Assembly: GCF_009914755.1 (NCBI RefSeq)
Contig: NC_060928.1
Direction: 5' to 3' (one strand)
DNA: 64,000 bases
Origin: the human T2T-CHM13v2.0 reference genome, Homo sapiens
Shown: positions 31,520 to 45,035 of the stretch, piece after piece
Position numbering within the stretch: position 1 is the first letter of the stretch
How the letters are laid out: the number at the start of each line of letters is the position of its first letter
The notes under the pieces: generated by a model
Told to the model about the DNA's origin: nothing
Seen by the model: the letters and a program-made list of their open reading frames with translations, nothing else
Database searches by the model: none
Translations under genes and position numbers: made by a program

Positions 31520-31601
31520 TTATATATATTATATATATGATTATATATAATGTATAATATATACATATATCATATATAAATATGATATATATATATATAT
31601 A
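31520..31601. repeat. (TA)n-rich low-complexity repeat
   Basis: tatatatattatatatatg... Confidence 0.9.
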
Positions 31602-31849
31602 GTGGTGGCATATGTGTAAAAGGTACTAAGTATTCCTAAGGCAGAGAAGATGGCAGTACACACATTTTACTGACTGATAAACAGATACTAGGCCTTGTGG
31701 TAACAGGATAAACTTCTAAGTGTAAATGTATAAAAGAAGCTTCTGATTTCTGAGAACTTTAATACTAGTGATACTATTAGGAAAACTGTTAGTCTCAGCT
31801 GGATGAGAAGGTATAATGAATATTACTAGTGTGATTTTTTACTAGGATT

Positions 31850-32015
31850 GAAAGCTGACTTATACAGGTGGGTGTTATTGTCATTCCATTTACGTTTAGT
31901 GAGATGAAATAGCATTTTACATGATTGCCCAGTTAAGAATTTGTTGAACTGGATTCAAACCCAGGGCTGTCTCACTCCAAAGTACAAGTTTTTGATTACT
32001 ATATTATATTGTCTT
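31850..32015 (-). mobile_element. MIR
   Basis: ctggattcaaacccagggctgtctcactccaaag and ttattgtcattccattttac. Confidence 0.75.
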
Positions 32016-33054
32016 CTCAATATATAACAGGTATTTATGGGTCAACATAATGTGATATACATGCACAGATCTCTTTTGTTTGGGAGGAGTTAGTGTGTTG
32101 GTGTCTGGGCATATCAAAAAGAGGGGATAGATTGCATATATTTTCATCAATATTTCCTCAATATTGTTCCTCCAAACTGAGATTTTGATAAATATTTAGA
32201 GATTAAAATAAATGCAAAATTATACTCCCTGACAATACTCTGCTTGAAAATTATTAAAAGGCACTCATCAGACACATGTTGAGCTGACAAGGTATTAATA
32301 CCCTTCCATGAAAGCTGAACAGCGTAAAAGGCATCTGAATTGTAGAACATTCAACCTATATTCAGACATAAGCCTTGGGAGGGGCCTCAGGCAGAGCAGC
32401 CAAAATTAACTTCAGATAATGGTTTTCAATTCACTTTACTGCACAGTTGACTTGAGAATTAAGCTCACAATGTTCTGTTTCACATATTATGGCTGAATTT
32501 GTTTTACCTTGAGCATTTCTGAATGCAGGTATAAATTGATGCCTGCCTAAACCAATGTAAAGATCTTAGTAAATCCCATAGATAAATTCAAGGGAAAAAA
32601 AGTTACTACGAGTGTCAAATGCCAGAAAAAAATTTAAATAAAATCAGGATTGAAGAGTGCTGAATGAACTTGGTGGTAGAATCATCAAAAGCATTATTCA
32701 GTAAACTTTCAGTGAAGAGTTAGATACAAGAGTAAGACTGGAATGGGTAAATAAGTGAATGCAAGGTAAACATATGGACTGAGACATATTGCCATAACTC
32801 TACAGCTCTTTTTCTTTTCATAGTCAAACTTTTTAAAGCTTTTAAAGTCTTTTTAAGTTGATAAAAAATGTAAAGACGTTTATGTGCTCAAAGAAAGGTG
32901 AAGATGCACAGTAGTGAGGCTAGAAGGTTCAGGCACATCTTTTACTAAAACAATGGTGACAGTCAAACTCCACAGCACAGAAACATTAATTTGCTTTGCA
33001 TAGGAAAAAGTTTATTTCTTTGGAGAAGAAGTCAGGTGGATACATAATTCTCAA

Positions 33055-33459
33055 CTTCAGGCATCCCACTTTCCCATTGTCATGCTCTTGTGTAATCTCT
33101 TCCTTTCAAGGGAAAGTTTAACCAAGTGAATATCTGATAATGTATAAAATATGCAACACAGAGGATATGTCAATTATATCAGCATTCTATTGCTCTCTCT
33201 CTGCTTCTGAGAGAAGTAAGTTGCCTTGATGTAGCTACCCCATGGAGAAGTTCATGTGACAATCAACTGTTATCTCAGATCAAAAGTCAGCAAAGACCTG
33301 AGTCCTCTAACATTCAAGAAGGAGCCTGGAAGCAGGTCCTTTCCCAGTCAAACTTCGTGATGACTGCCGCCACAGCTGACAACTCAATGGCATCCTTATA
33401 ACAGACCTTGAGCTAGAGTCTCCCTGTCAAGCTGCACCAGATTTCTGATCCACAGTGAG
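33055..33459 (+). mobile_element. MLT1 (E-H-like) LTR, truncated at the duplication breakpoint
   Basis: ttcccagtcaaacttcgtgatgactgc...agctgcaccagatttctgatccacag. Confidence 0.7.
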
Positions 33460-34041
33460 AGAGGTGGAGATAAAGTATACAGGTTGTTAGAAATGTCACA
33501 TATTTTAGTTGACTATGTCTGAATTTCATTGTAATAGTTTATCATAAAGATAAAAAACATTTTATAAAATATAAACTGGGGAAGATATTTTCAGACTGTA
33601 CTCCTCTAAGGCCTTTTGAGTGGTTCCGGGGAGCAAGTGAATCAGCACCATGGAGAGCTCCATGAACATGCAGCTGTAACATTCACTTAGTGTCACTATT
33701 TATGTCTCCTTGTTTTTAGCTCTGTTATAAAATGTCCATCTTATTGATACATATTCTCCACCCTTTTCACTAAAGTCTTTAACGTATTTTTAATAGTTAA
33801 AATAAATTTTCTGTCTGATAGTTCCAGTAGCTAGGGCATAATTGAGTCTGGTTTTGTTGATTACTTTCTTTATTGAGAGTGCTTGCTGTCCTTGTTTCTT
33901 TGTGTGTGTGTGGTTTTTTTTAATGATTTTGGATTGAAAGCTGGTATCTCATGTTAGCCAACAGAGACTAAATTAAATAATATCAATGCCTGCACATGGA
34001 CACATTTCTTTTGCTTCTAGGCCTTCAGTGTGGGATGTTGA
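33460..34041 (-). repeat. Inverted copy of 35183-35759
   Basis: For example atattttagttgactatgt versus acatagtcaactaaaatat, and tcagcaccatggagagctcc versus ggagctctccatggtgctga; collinear over ~580 bp. Confidence 0.93.
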
Positions 34042-34224
34042 TACAAAATTTACATGGAGTAGAGAGGGTCCTTATTCCTCTTGGATCCAATACTTTGAAG
34101 GGTTATGTAATACTGCATCTCTGGGTCTTCTTTACCCACATACAGAAACTAACTGAGAATGAAATCACAAGAGGAAAGTAGCACCAAAGAGAAGAGGCTG
34201 AAAAAGACACCTCTTTATATTTTG
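34038..34224 (+). repeat. Direct copy of 35940-36128
   Basis: Both begin ttgatacaaaattta(c/t)atggagtagagagggtcct and end ctttatattttg. Confidence 0.93.
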
Positions 34225-34269
34225 AACAAGAAAACCTTTTAACCTGTAAGAAAATAACTTTTGTTGGCT

Positions 34270-35515
34270 TCTCAGAAAATTGAGGTAAAAGAACAACTCA
34301 CTAGTCTGAAGCCTAAGGAAAGACACACAATTCTAAAGAGGTTCAGGTCTTAAGCACTTGAAACTTGCAGTGGATGTCATTTGATGTACAAACTCTTAAG
34401 AAGAACTACAGTAATATTTTCAATAAATTATTAAAATGCGTGTAGGCCATTGTGGGGATACATAAACATTGGAGGCTACAGACCCAAGAGCCATTAGCAC
34501 TTATAGGCTCTTCTTCATGAATCCAATTGAATGCTTATGAGAAGGACTGAAGTCAGGATGAGAGACCAGAGAAAGAATCCTTTGTGCAAATTTGGAAAAG
34601 AAGAGCTCTATGCTCCTCCCCCTTTCATATTATGTGGGAAAGTGACACCACCTCAGAATGATCCTTGATCATTTCCTCCCTATGAGAAAAGACATGAAGA
34701 CATTGGGACAAGAGGAGTAAACCCTGTTGCGTTTGGAGCACAGGTAAAGATCCATTGCAGCTAGGGGAAGGGAAGAGAAGGCATCTTACTCTACACCTGA
34801 GTGATGGGTAGGAACAGTACACAGATATGCCCTATAACTAGCATGGAGACAGCATCACTGAGAAGATACCTAAGTCTGATGCTAAACCAAGACAACTGAA
34901 AATTACCCCACCCTCCCCATCCAAAAGCTGGCATGCACTGAGTAACAAACAACAGCAATCCATTGTTGGGGAGGCTCAAGAGCACGAGAGACACATTTTC
35001 TGAGGCACAAGCACAGATAAAACACCTAAAACTGAGGGTGGAGCAAAATTCAGTAAAACCATGAGAAGAATTAACTCCCACATTAAGAACAAGATAATTA
35101 TGGAGGAATCTGAAGCCCATGGTATGTGAGCATAGCCATAACAACAACACAACCAACCCAGATAACTCCTAAATAGGTTGACTCAACATCCCACAACAAA
35201 GGCTTAGAAGAAAAAGAAATGTGCCTATTGGCAGACATTGATATGATTTAACACAGTCTCTGTTGGCTTACGTGAGATATCTAGCTTTTAATCCTAAGTC
35301 ATTAAAAAAAACCACAAAGAAACAAGAATAGTAAGCACTCTCAATAAAGAAAGTAACCAACGAAACCAGACAAATATGCCCTAGTTGTTGGAACTATCAG
35401 AGAGAAAGTGTTTTACAACTATGAAAAATACATTAAGAACTCTAGTGAAAAAGGTGAAGAATATGCACAAATAAGATGGGAATTTTTTTAAAGAGATGAA
35501 AACAAGGAGACAGAA
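34270..35515 (+). mobile_element. Old L1M 5' region / ORF1 start
   Basis: gttggaactatcagagagaaag...gaactctagtgaaaaaggtgaagaatatgc, typical of an L1M ORF1 N-terminus; left boundary uncertain. Confidence 0.6.
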
Positions 35516-36199
35516 ATGGTAGCACTAAGGGAATGCTGTCTCTGCTTTGTCACGGAGCTCTCCATGGTGCTGATGCACTTGCTCCACTAGAACCACAAAA
35601 AAGGCCTTTGAGAAGTATAGTCTGAAAATATCTTCCCCCATTTATATTTGATCAAGGGTCATTTTTTATCTTTATAATAAAATGTTACTATAAAATTTAA
35701 ACATAGTCAACTAAAATATGAGACATTTCTAACAAGCTGTCTGCTTTATCTACACCTCTGACTGCATATAGTGAACTTTGGGCAGTGGAGCTTTTATTGA
35801 GTTTCCCTCAATTAACACATGTCTCAGAGTGAATATATTTTTTAAGCTGCCTATAAAATTTTCTGTCCTTTTAGTTTTGGTACTAAAGTCTGAGAGGGTT
35901 TTGGAAAACAAAGCAGAATTGTGAAAGTTTTACTGAGATTTGATACAAAATTTATATGGAGTAGAGAGGGTCCTCATTCTTCTGGGATCACTAGTTAGAT
36001 GGGTTGTGTAATGCTGCATCTCTGAGCCTTCTTTATCCACACATGGGAAGTAACCGAGAGTGAGATCCCCAGAGTAAACTAGCACCAAGTAGAAGAAGAG
36101 GTTAGAAAGGAGAACCCTTTATATTTTGTTGCAAGTCTTTATTTTTTGGCTCACCAGAAACCTGCTAAAAGCCTGGATTAGAATATAGTTTTTAAGTAA

Positions 36200-37115
36200 T
36201 CATGAAACTTCAAATAAGATTACAGAAAATGTAGGGAATATTTTAAAATCTTGAGAAATTTTTAGCCAAACAGAAAATCCAGAATCCATAGAACAGGAAG
36301 ACTAACACATTTTACTAATTAAAAATATATTAATTTAAAAATACAACAGAAAACAATGAAGAAAAATACAATATGGGTAAAAGTATGGACCACAAATGCA
36401 ACAAGTATTTCATTTTCAAAATAAGTAAAATTCCTAACAGATCACTAATAATGAAAAAGACAACCCTAAAACTGGTAAAATAAACAAAAATGTATTTCAT
36501 TAAAAATATAAAACAATTAGCAAGTGAAAATGTATTGTGAAATTTACTATCTCAGTAATATAGAAAGTGAAAACTAAAATTAATAATTTTTCCTTGTAGT
36601 GCAAATTGGCCAACATAAAATGTATAGCATTTATTATGCACATACTTTAATCCCAAATTCTCTTTTTGGCATTTATTTTTAATAATTTTTACACATTTAC
36701 ACAAAACATACATGACCAAGAAATTTATGAAATGTTTATAATAGAAGATATCAGGAACATTTAAATATTTTTTAATTGGTGAACATTAAATTAAATATAT
36801 TGTTTTTATATTAAGAATTCTATGCAAGAGTTGAAAGAATTAAGCATACTTGCATGAACTATTCTGCAAAGTTTCAAGTTTCCAACTTAAATGAAAAACA
36901 AGATGCAAAACAACACATTGTTCTCTATGATTTTGTGTTAAACACACATCTAAGAAACCTTATATTTCTACATATACATATATTGCAGGGCAATGAAAAA
37001 GTGCAAGGAATATAAACACTCTATTGATCATAGGAGCTACACCTAGAGTAAAAATTTAAGATTTGTATTCAGCCTTTAATTTTTTTCACGGTGCATAATG
37101 TGCTTTTGTAACTAC
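36200..37115 (+). mobile_element. L1ME-like fragment
   Basis: Degenerate ORF2-end/3' UTR motifs, A-rich. Confidence 0.55.
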
Positions 37116-37120
37116 ATAAA

Positions 37121-37488
37121 TGTACTAATCTGTATTCATACTGCAATAAAGAACTGCTCGAGACCAGGTAATTTAGAAAGAAAATAGGTTTAGTTGACTC
37201 ACAGTTCAGCATGGCTGGGGAGGCCTCAGGAAACTTACAATCATGGTGGAAGGCAAAAGGGAAGCAAGGCACCTTCCTCACAAGGCAGCAGGAGGGAGAA
37301 GTCCTGAGCAAAGATGGAAGAGCCCCTCATTAAACCATCAGATCTCATGTGAACTCACTCATTATTATGAGAACAGCATGTGGAAAACACCCCATGATTC
37401 AATTACCGACATCTGATCTCTCCCTTGACATGTGAGGATTACAATTTAAGATGAGATTTGGGTGGGGACAGAAAGCCTAATCATATCA
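37121..37488 (-). mobile_element. THE1(C/D) solo LTR
   Basis: gactcacagttcagcatggctggggaggcctcaggaaacttacaatcatgg; 5-bp TSD ataaa at 37116-37120 and 37489-37493. Confidence 0.95.
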
Positions 37489-37987
37489 ATAAAGATATTT
37501 TATTATTTATTAAAAAGGAAGCCAAGTTTTGTCACACCCAAACCTCTTGGAAAATAGTAAGTTTACTTTTGAATAGGTTTTTATGTTATTTTCCTTGAAA
37601 ATGCTTGAAGAATCACAAATGGTTTGTTCACAAAGCAACTTTATAATAGTCACAATGTAAATTCATTAACGAAAGCAAATAAATAAAAGAATGGGAGAAG
37701 GAAAGGGAGGAAGGGAAGCATGAAGAATGTAGTAAATAGATGTCTCCTGAAATAAAAAATTTTCTCAATTTCTACTTCAGGTATTTTACTTGCAAATGGG
37801 TGCCCTTGGACAATTTATCTAAATTCTTCACTTATTAGAAAACTTCCCTATATTATGGGAATGTTATAAATATTTAAATATGGTTGATGTAAAATTACCA
37901 ATGTAAAATTACAAAATTATAGTAGATACATGTAACCATTAATAACAAGATGCATCAAAAACTTATTTTTCTATTCTATAATTGTCT

Positions 37988-38255
37988 TTTTTTTTTTGAG
38001 ACAGGGTCTCAGTCTGTCACCCAGGCTAGAGTGCAGTGGTGCAATCATAGCTCACTGCACTCTAGCAGCTCACATAGCTCACATAGCCTCAAACTCCTGG
38101 GCTCAAGTGATCCCCCCACCTCAGCTTCCCAAGTAGCTGGGACCAGAGGCATGCACCACCACGTCTTGCTAATTTTTTTTTTTTTATTTGAGACAGGTTT
38201 TTCCTGTGTTGCCCAGGCTCCTGAGCTCAAATGATCCTCCTATCTCTTTCTCCCA
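37988..38255 (-). mobile_element. AluJ, partly deleted
   Basis: gagacagggtctc...ctcctgggctcaagtgatcc. Confidence 0.9.
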
Positions 38256-38398
38256 ATAAACTCCCAAGTTGATATTATTTCTGCAATTATTTTAAAAGAT
38301 CAAAAATAAAGAGGAAAAGTTAATTTTCCCCTTTCAGTCTCACTCATCTATAATTTTTTGAAAGATAATTGTCATTTACACCTTTCTTATGAATATAA

Positions 38399-38965
38399 TA
38401 TAAGGGCCAAAGGAAAACTTCCTCGTTGCCCTCTGAAGGGTCACTGAACCACTGACAAAAGGCAGATTAATAATAGAACATGCATAGAAATACATTAAGA
38501 TGCATGGCAGAGACTCACAGAGTGATTACCCGAAGCACCCGTGAAGTTCAGAAGCTTATAGACCATCTTCTGGTTACATGATCAGTGGTGGCTCAGAGCA
38601 TGGCCCAAAACAGGTTATGGCAATAAGTTGGGTTATGGGAGGGAGAGAAGAGCAGTCCTGACTAGCCAAGGTGGTCTTGTTAAGCAGATGAAGGCTCGCA
38701 GGCAGAAGCCCTCTGAGAGAATAAGATGGGAAATGTTTCTTCCAGACTTTAAATATGTCAGATTTTCAGTTAATATTTCCTAGGTCAGATAAAGGTGGGC
38801 CTCAGAGAAAACCTGACGGCATCAATGCAGATTTCCCCTGCAGATGCAAATCTCATCCTGCAAGACAGCTTTTTGGCTATCTTTTTATTCCAAGCCCTTG
38901 TAAGTAGTCACCTTGAACTATGCCAGGAAAATATATTTTGGGGTGAAATAATTTGGCTTCCTTCA
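38399..38965 (-). mobile_element. MER4-group ERV1 LTR
   Basis: Ends gaaaatatattttggggtgaaataatttggcttccttca (reverse complement of a MER4-group LTR start); internal aaaaggcagattaata and agagtgattaccc. Confidence 0.8.
38784..38899 (+). CDS. Candidate exon B, exonised antisense LTR (GQIKVGLRENLTASMQISPADANLILQDSFLAIFLFQAL)
   Basis: Acceptor atatttcctag|GT, donor CTT|gtaagt; phase 1 in, phase 0 out; open frame. Confidence 0.55.
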
Positions 38966-39117
38966 ACAGGCTACCTTGTATGTTTTTTAAACTAATAGTT
39001 GAGCCTCCAAAATAACACTTTTAAGGCCTTCAGAATTACAAGACAACAATAACAAAAAAACTTTTTTTTTTTTTGGCCTAACCCTGTATAATAAATATTT
39101 CTATATTCCCAGTGTCA

Positions 39118-39262
39118 TTTTTTTTTTCTTTTTTGAGTCAGTGTATCACTCTGACACCGAGGCTGGAGTGCAGTGATGCAATCATGGCTTATTGCAGCCT
39201 CAATCTCCTGACCTCAAGCAATCCTCCCTTTTTGGCCTCTCAAAGTACTGGGATTACAGTGA
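39118..39262 (-). mobile_element. FLAM/Alu monomer
   Basis: ggctggagtgcagtg...ctcaagcaatcctccc...caaagtactgggattacag, monomer length. Confidence 0.88.
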
Positions 39263-39415
39263 TCCTCCAAGTTTGTTTCAAATATTTGACTACTGATTTT
39301 TTAATCTTACATGATAAGTAGACAATTTAGTGATTTACAAAAAGAGACTAGAAAAAAAGGAGCTGTAGACTGAATTGCCAACTATTTCAAAAATATAATC
39401 TTTGAAGACCTAAGC

Positions 39416-39626
39416 CAGTGATTCTCAAACTGTAGTTAAGCAATCAACTACTTAAAATGCATATATCCCTGAACCCTCAAGGACCACTTAACAATGTGTA
39501 TATCCCTTAACTCACCTCATGGATTTGAATTCAGTAGATCTTGATTATTTTTAGGAATATGTATTCTTACATATAACCCAAAGAAATTTGAGCTGATCAC
39601 TCTCAGTTTGCACTTTAAAACATTGC
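39416..39626. mobile_element. MER5-like DNA transposon
   Basis: cagtgattctcaaact ... gaattcagtagatct ... ggaatatgtattcttac. Confidence 0.6.
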
Positions 39627-40308
39627 ATTAAATTCCCCCTCCCTCCCTCCATTTTTAGCCCCATGAAGTAAGCTTCACCTCATGAGTCAATGGAGTCATT
39701 ATATCTTCATAAGTTTGTAAGTCAGTCATTCACCGACTTATGTTTTGAGAAGATGAAGACCCATGATATACAACTTAACTGTGGCAGTTACATAAAAATT
39801 CAACATATACATGTATAAAGAATTATAACACATAGCAATTATTTACTCAAGCAAGATGCATAGACATTTGTTTTGATAGATGAGCTTTCTCAGTAGCTTT
39901 TTCTACTTGGCAAGCCAGGTGTATCTTTAGTAGAGCCAAAGCACCTGGTTTATCAGAACATCCATTATTAATCTGATAGTAGAATGTATAATTTACTGCC
40001 CATAATGCTAATTATAATAGCTCCTTACATAAGCAAAGCTGAAGGACTGCCACTTAAATTGTTGACAGTAGCTAGTAGATTACAGACTTAAAAAAATTCC
40101 ACAGAAACATAAAAATATCTGGTAAACACAAAAATGAAATTAGAATGGGGTTATATAATTTAAATTTTTAATTTAGAGGACTCTCTTTAAAGGCAAATAA
40201 TATATGCATTATTTTATGAAGATGCATAATAAATATGCCACATTCAGAGAATGGTTTAATCAAATATTTTTATGCTAATAGAAAATTAAAGGATAAAGCC
40301 CTACATAC

Positions 40309-40803
40309 TGTCAAATTATGCCCCCAGTTGACAGGCAAGATGGACTCCCTGTGGCTCAAAAGTAAGAGCAGAGCCAAGAGGCCATGGCGGGCCGAGGAAT
40401 GGTCAAGTTCTGTGTGTCCTACAAAGTGTTGTAAAACTTGTTTTTCTGCCACCAAGTCAAATAACCATTTCTGGAAACAACTGCAGCTGGAAATTTCCCT
40501 AGTGATCGCCAGCAGACCACCTGGTGCCAACTGACAGACCACCTGGAACCAGCCAACTAAGAAAGAGACTGGCGATTTGGGGCTTAATGGTCGTCCAGTC
40601 ACAACTCTGTCCCTCACTCCCCTGAATCCCCTCCCTTGCCTTCCGGTTTTTGCTTTAATCATCTCTCACTCTCCATCCTGCTCCTTGGAGTACACTCACT
40701 TTTGTAAAACAGAGGCTATGTCTCCCTAATCTGCAGCTTTTTTTTAAATAGAAAATAGAGGTCTCCCTTTATGCTCTGCAGATCACATGGTCTGTTGTTA
40801 ACA
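40309..40803 (+). mobile_element. Probable ERV LTR (family unassigned)
   Basis: ~495-bp GC-elevated block bounded by TG...CA, with LTR-like motifs (caagatggactccc, cagaccacctgg twice). Confidence 0.55.
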
Positions 40804-41699
40804 AAACCAAAGATTACCTTGTGTAGAACAGAGTATACATTTTACCTATTATAGAATAAAATTTTGAACAATATTGAGTTATAAGTGTATAATATCAGTA
40901 CATTGGGATATTCGTGACATAGAACAATATTGAATGAAAGTACTAAGAAAACAAGAAAGAAATAAAAAGCTTCAGTGGTGATATAAGACATGTTGATACA
41001 GAATGAGGGCATAGTGTGTATTAAAGTAATGTCACAGAGGCCTTGCGTAGAAAAAAAGGTCTGCTTCTGTATACAAAATGGGATTAAGATGCATGGCAGA
41101 TATATTTTACTTCATAGTTCTGCTTAGTGTCACACATAGAGATACATGCCCTTATGTTAACTCAAACACTCACCGAAATGGTAACATGAAAAATCATAGT
41201 TAAAGCATTTTCAACAAAAAATTAAAGTGTTTGGTCTAATTCATCTCAAAGGATTTATTCAGCTTTAAAAGGTTTAACATTCCCTATAATATTAACGGCA
41301 AATTAATCAATTTTGGCTTTGTAAACACAATACAAAATTATTTGAATATATGTTTTATTGATATAATGGCCAAGTTTTTAAAATTTATCTTAATACCATA
41401 TTAAACTCCATGAAGTGAAAGATATTCAATTGATTGTTTCTGAAATATTGACTCACTTGAGTATTCTAAATCAACTATATTTCATAATACACCTTCATAT
41501 TAAACAATACGTTCTCAAAGGAAATGCATTTATTAGAAGCAAACTGTTGAAATATAATATAGATGGTATAAATTATCATCCAAAGTTAACAATAATTGTG
41601 TCAAGGCTAAACTGATATGTACATTTGATCTTCTGACAAATAAAAAGATCTTGCCAAAAATATTATCACTGAAGTATGATATACCATTTTTAAGACATA

Positions 41700-42470
41700 C
41701 TAATTTAACTTTAATAAGTCTATCAGAAAAACGGGTACAGATATTATCACAACTGCTAACATCACAAAAAAGAGAAAATCAGAAACGATATGCCATCTGA
41801 TGGAGGAACATAATATGCTTTGTGAATAACTGCCAATCCAAATGTTAAGCCTGAATCTGATAAAAACTTTCAGATTCAACTACCCATTTACAGAAATTCA
41901 GATATCAGAGAAATGTGCTAACCAATAGTATGAAGATTTAATCAACAAAATCCAGAATATAAAAGAATTTGCTTTGTCAACAAATAAATTGCAAGATAAA
42001 AAGCAAGAGATGGAAAAACTTGCCGATGAGATACTGTGTGTGCATGTTCCTGTTTATGTGTATGTTTGTGTGCACATGTGTGTGCAACAACCAATTACAA
42101 TAGATTTTATTTATGTGGATTTTAACTCAAACAAACAGATGAAAATAATGGAACCTTCCATAGAACTAGAAATGTATGAACAATAACTACATATTTAATG
42201 ATATATGTTAGTTTTTAATGTGAATGTGATAATGGCATTGTAGATTTTTTAAGAAATCTATTTTTGTAAGATAGGAATTCTATTCATATCACTTAGAAAT
42301 ACATATCAAAATTTTTACAGAAAAACTATATATTTTCTGGAAGTACGTAAGGTTTAGATAATACATCTTTAGACATGAATTGATGCTTACCAATGCATAG
42401 GATAATTACGCAGCAATTATATTTGTTTTCTTTTGCATGTGTTTGAATTTTCCACAATAAAAAGTTAAAG
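41700..42470 (+). mobile_element. L1MC/ME 3' end
   Basis: aagcctgaatctgataaa ... gtttgaattttccacaataaaaagtt. Confidence 0.7.
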
Positions 42471-42919
42471 TTATTTTAAAGCATGTATTTATAAACAAAT
42501 CATCATGGAGAACTTTTTGAATGTTTTATAATTTTACAAAGTAGTTTCATTGTTTTTATTATTCAAAGTAGATTAACTTGTGTTGTTACTTTTCATAGGT
42601 AAAACTTTTTATTCTTTCACATGTGTAATTAAATATTTCCACTGGTTAGAGTGACTGAAGTTGTTACAAATGATTGCATTTTATTATCTACTAACTACTT
42701 TCACTATTAGCATTACTATTCTGATTAAAGGATTTATACATATTAACATGATAAAGAGATAAGATAAATGTGGATTCTGTAAGAATAATTTATTTCTTCA
42801 GTCTTCTTATCTCAAATTTCCATATCCAAAATTATGAGTTTTTTGTTCTCACAAAATAAAATGCATTACATATTTGAAGTGACAGCAGTGTCAACTTATC
42901 AATTCCAATGGTGTTCATA

Positions 42920-43860
42920 ATAAGAAAGGAGTATATCAGTGAAACATCTATTTGAAGATATAAGGAAAGTGAATTCCAGGCAGATAAGAGAGTAAATATA
43001 AAAGTTAAAATCCTGAGTTCAAAACAAGATTAAACTGCTTAATGAAGTGAAATAAATTCAGTTGTTCTGAAACGGAGTAAGCTGAGGGAAGAGTGGGTTG
43101 AAATAAGTTTTGTTTGAGCAAGCCAGAAATTATAATTCATGGTAAGGAATAACCAAATGGTGAGAGCTTGTTGAGGAATAGAGAGACATGATCTGGCTGC
43201 TGGTGAGAAACGAACTTCAGAAAGTGAAGTTTAGGAAGTCTTCAGGAAGTGAAGTGAATGTTTGAGGAAAGTGAAACAAGGCAAACCGCAGTCAATCAAT
43301 ATAAAGATCCTTGAAATTGTCCAGGAAAAGACTGTATTGGCATAGGGAGGAAAAATGATCAGATATGTACTTAGAAAATATAGTAGAAATGCTTTGAGAT
43401 TAGAGGAAAGGGAAGAGGAGACAGCTACAGGTTTTCTTCTCACCGCCTCTCACCCAAGCAGTTGTAAGAATAGTTTTGCCATTTATCAAGATGGAGAAGC
43501 AGGGAGGAGACCAGATGTAGGGTCTAAGTTGTTTGTTTTTTTCCTTTTCTTTTTTTCTCCCTCTTTTTCTTCCTTTCTTTTTTCTATTCTTTCTCTTTTT
43601 ATTTTAAATGAATTTTGAAATCTGTATTTTATATTCAGTTGAAGATGTTAAGTACACAGTTGTGCATATGAGTCTGAAAAGCTCATGAGAAAGAATGTTC
43701 TAGAGCTATACATTTGATACCATTATAAAGCTGAATTTTTAAAGCTGTCAAACTAGATAGAGTTATTGATGCAGTGTACATAGGACAGAAAAGAAGGTCA
43801 AAAAGTAATTCATGGAACAACTTGCCATTTAAATGTTGAGAAGACAGTGAAAATTTTGAA
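42920..43860 (-). mobile_element. L2 fragments
   Basis: gaattccaggcagataagagagt; cagttgaagatgttaagtacacagttgtgcatatgagtctg. Confidence 0.65.
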
Positions 43861-44940
43861 AAATGAGTGTATATTTTCATGTCACCACTTTACCATGAGA
43901 TTAAGTATTAATTAGTTTTTGCACTGTAAAGTTGGCTAAAATGCATTACGTTTGAGAAGAATGCATTAATGAACTATTTTTATACATGCTGTCATTCCTG
44001 AGAAGAACCTTTTAGAGTAAACCTTTTTGAATGTTTAGGAGCCCTACTATTTCTGACTGTGATGCTTTAGTTACCTCTTAAAATACAATATGTAAAGAAA
44101 CTTACACAGCATATACATTGATAGCTTTCAGACAGTAGGTATCTGGCAATGCTGGATAGTGATACCTAAAAGACAGAAAGTAAAGAATATAAGACGGATT
44201 AATGTCTCCACTTACTCTCTGGAGAGAGTGTCTAGGACACAGCCAATAGAGTTGGCAGGTTGAAGGCAGAGGGGCAGAGAAAAAAAACTGAAGAAATAAT
44301 AACATAATTTTTCTAAATGTTATGAAAATTATAAGCCCCTAGAACTAAGAATCTCAACAAACTCCAAGCACAAGAAACATGAAGAAAATTAATAAAAGTA
44401 TATCATCATGAAATTGTTCAAAGGGGAAAAAAGACATGTTATGGATAGAAGAATAAATATAAGGATGACAACAGGTAAAACAAAATACAATAGAGCAGCA
44501 TTTCGTTGAATTTAAGAAATTGCCAACAATCTTTCAAAAACAAAAGTGAAAATAAAGATTATCCCAGACACAGAGAAACCACAAGTATTTATCATCAATA
44601 GGTCTACACTAAAAATATGTTAGGAAAAGTCTTTCCGGAAGAATAAAATGATATGAGATTGAAATCTGTATGTCTAAAAGGAAGTAAAGTACATTTGAAA
44701 TGTTGTATAAGTGAATAAATATAATTTTTCTATAATTTTAAATTTATTTAAAACATAACACCAATATGTTGTGGTGCTTATACCATATGTAAAAACAAAT
44801 GTATAAAAATAATAACACAATGTCTAGAAAAGTAGGTGTAAAAATTTTTATTTTAAAGGTTTTTTAAGATTTAAGCATTACAACAGTATCTGAAGGTATG
44901 CTGTGATAAGTAAAGGCCGATACTAGAAAATCTAAAGCAA

Positions 44941-45035
44941 TTTCTCTCTCATATTTCTCTCTCTCCCCCACTTCTCTTTCTCTCTCTCTCTCTCATGCAT
45001 GCACCACACACACACACACACACGAGAGAGAGAGA
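44941..45035. repeat. (CT)n-(CA)n-(GA)n compound microsatellite
   Basis: Seen directly. Confidence 0.9.

Noticed and set aside
40235-40662. Overlapping 99-aa and 130-aa ORFs
   Set aside because: They lie largely in a probable LTR; no recognisable protein features.
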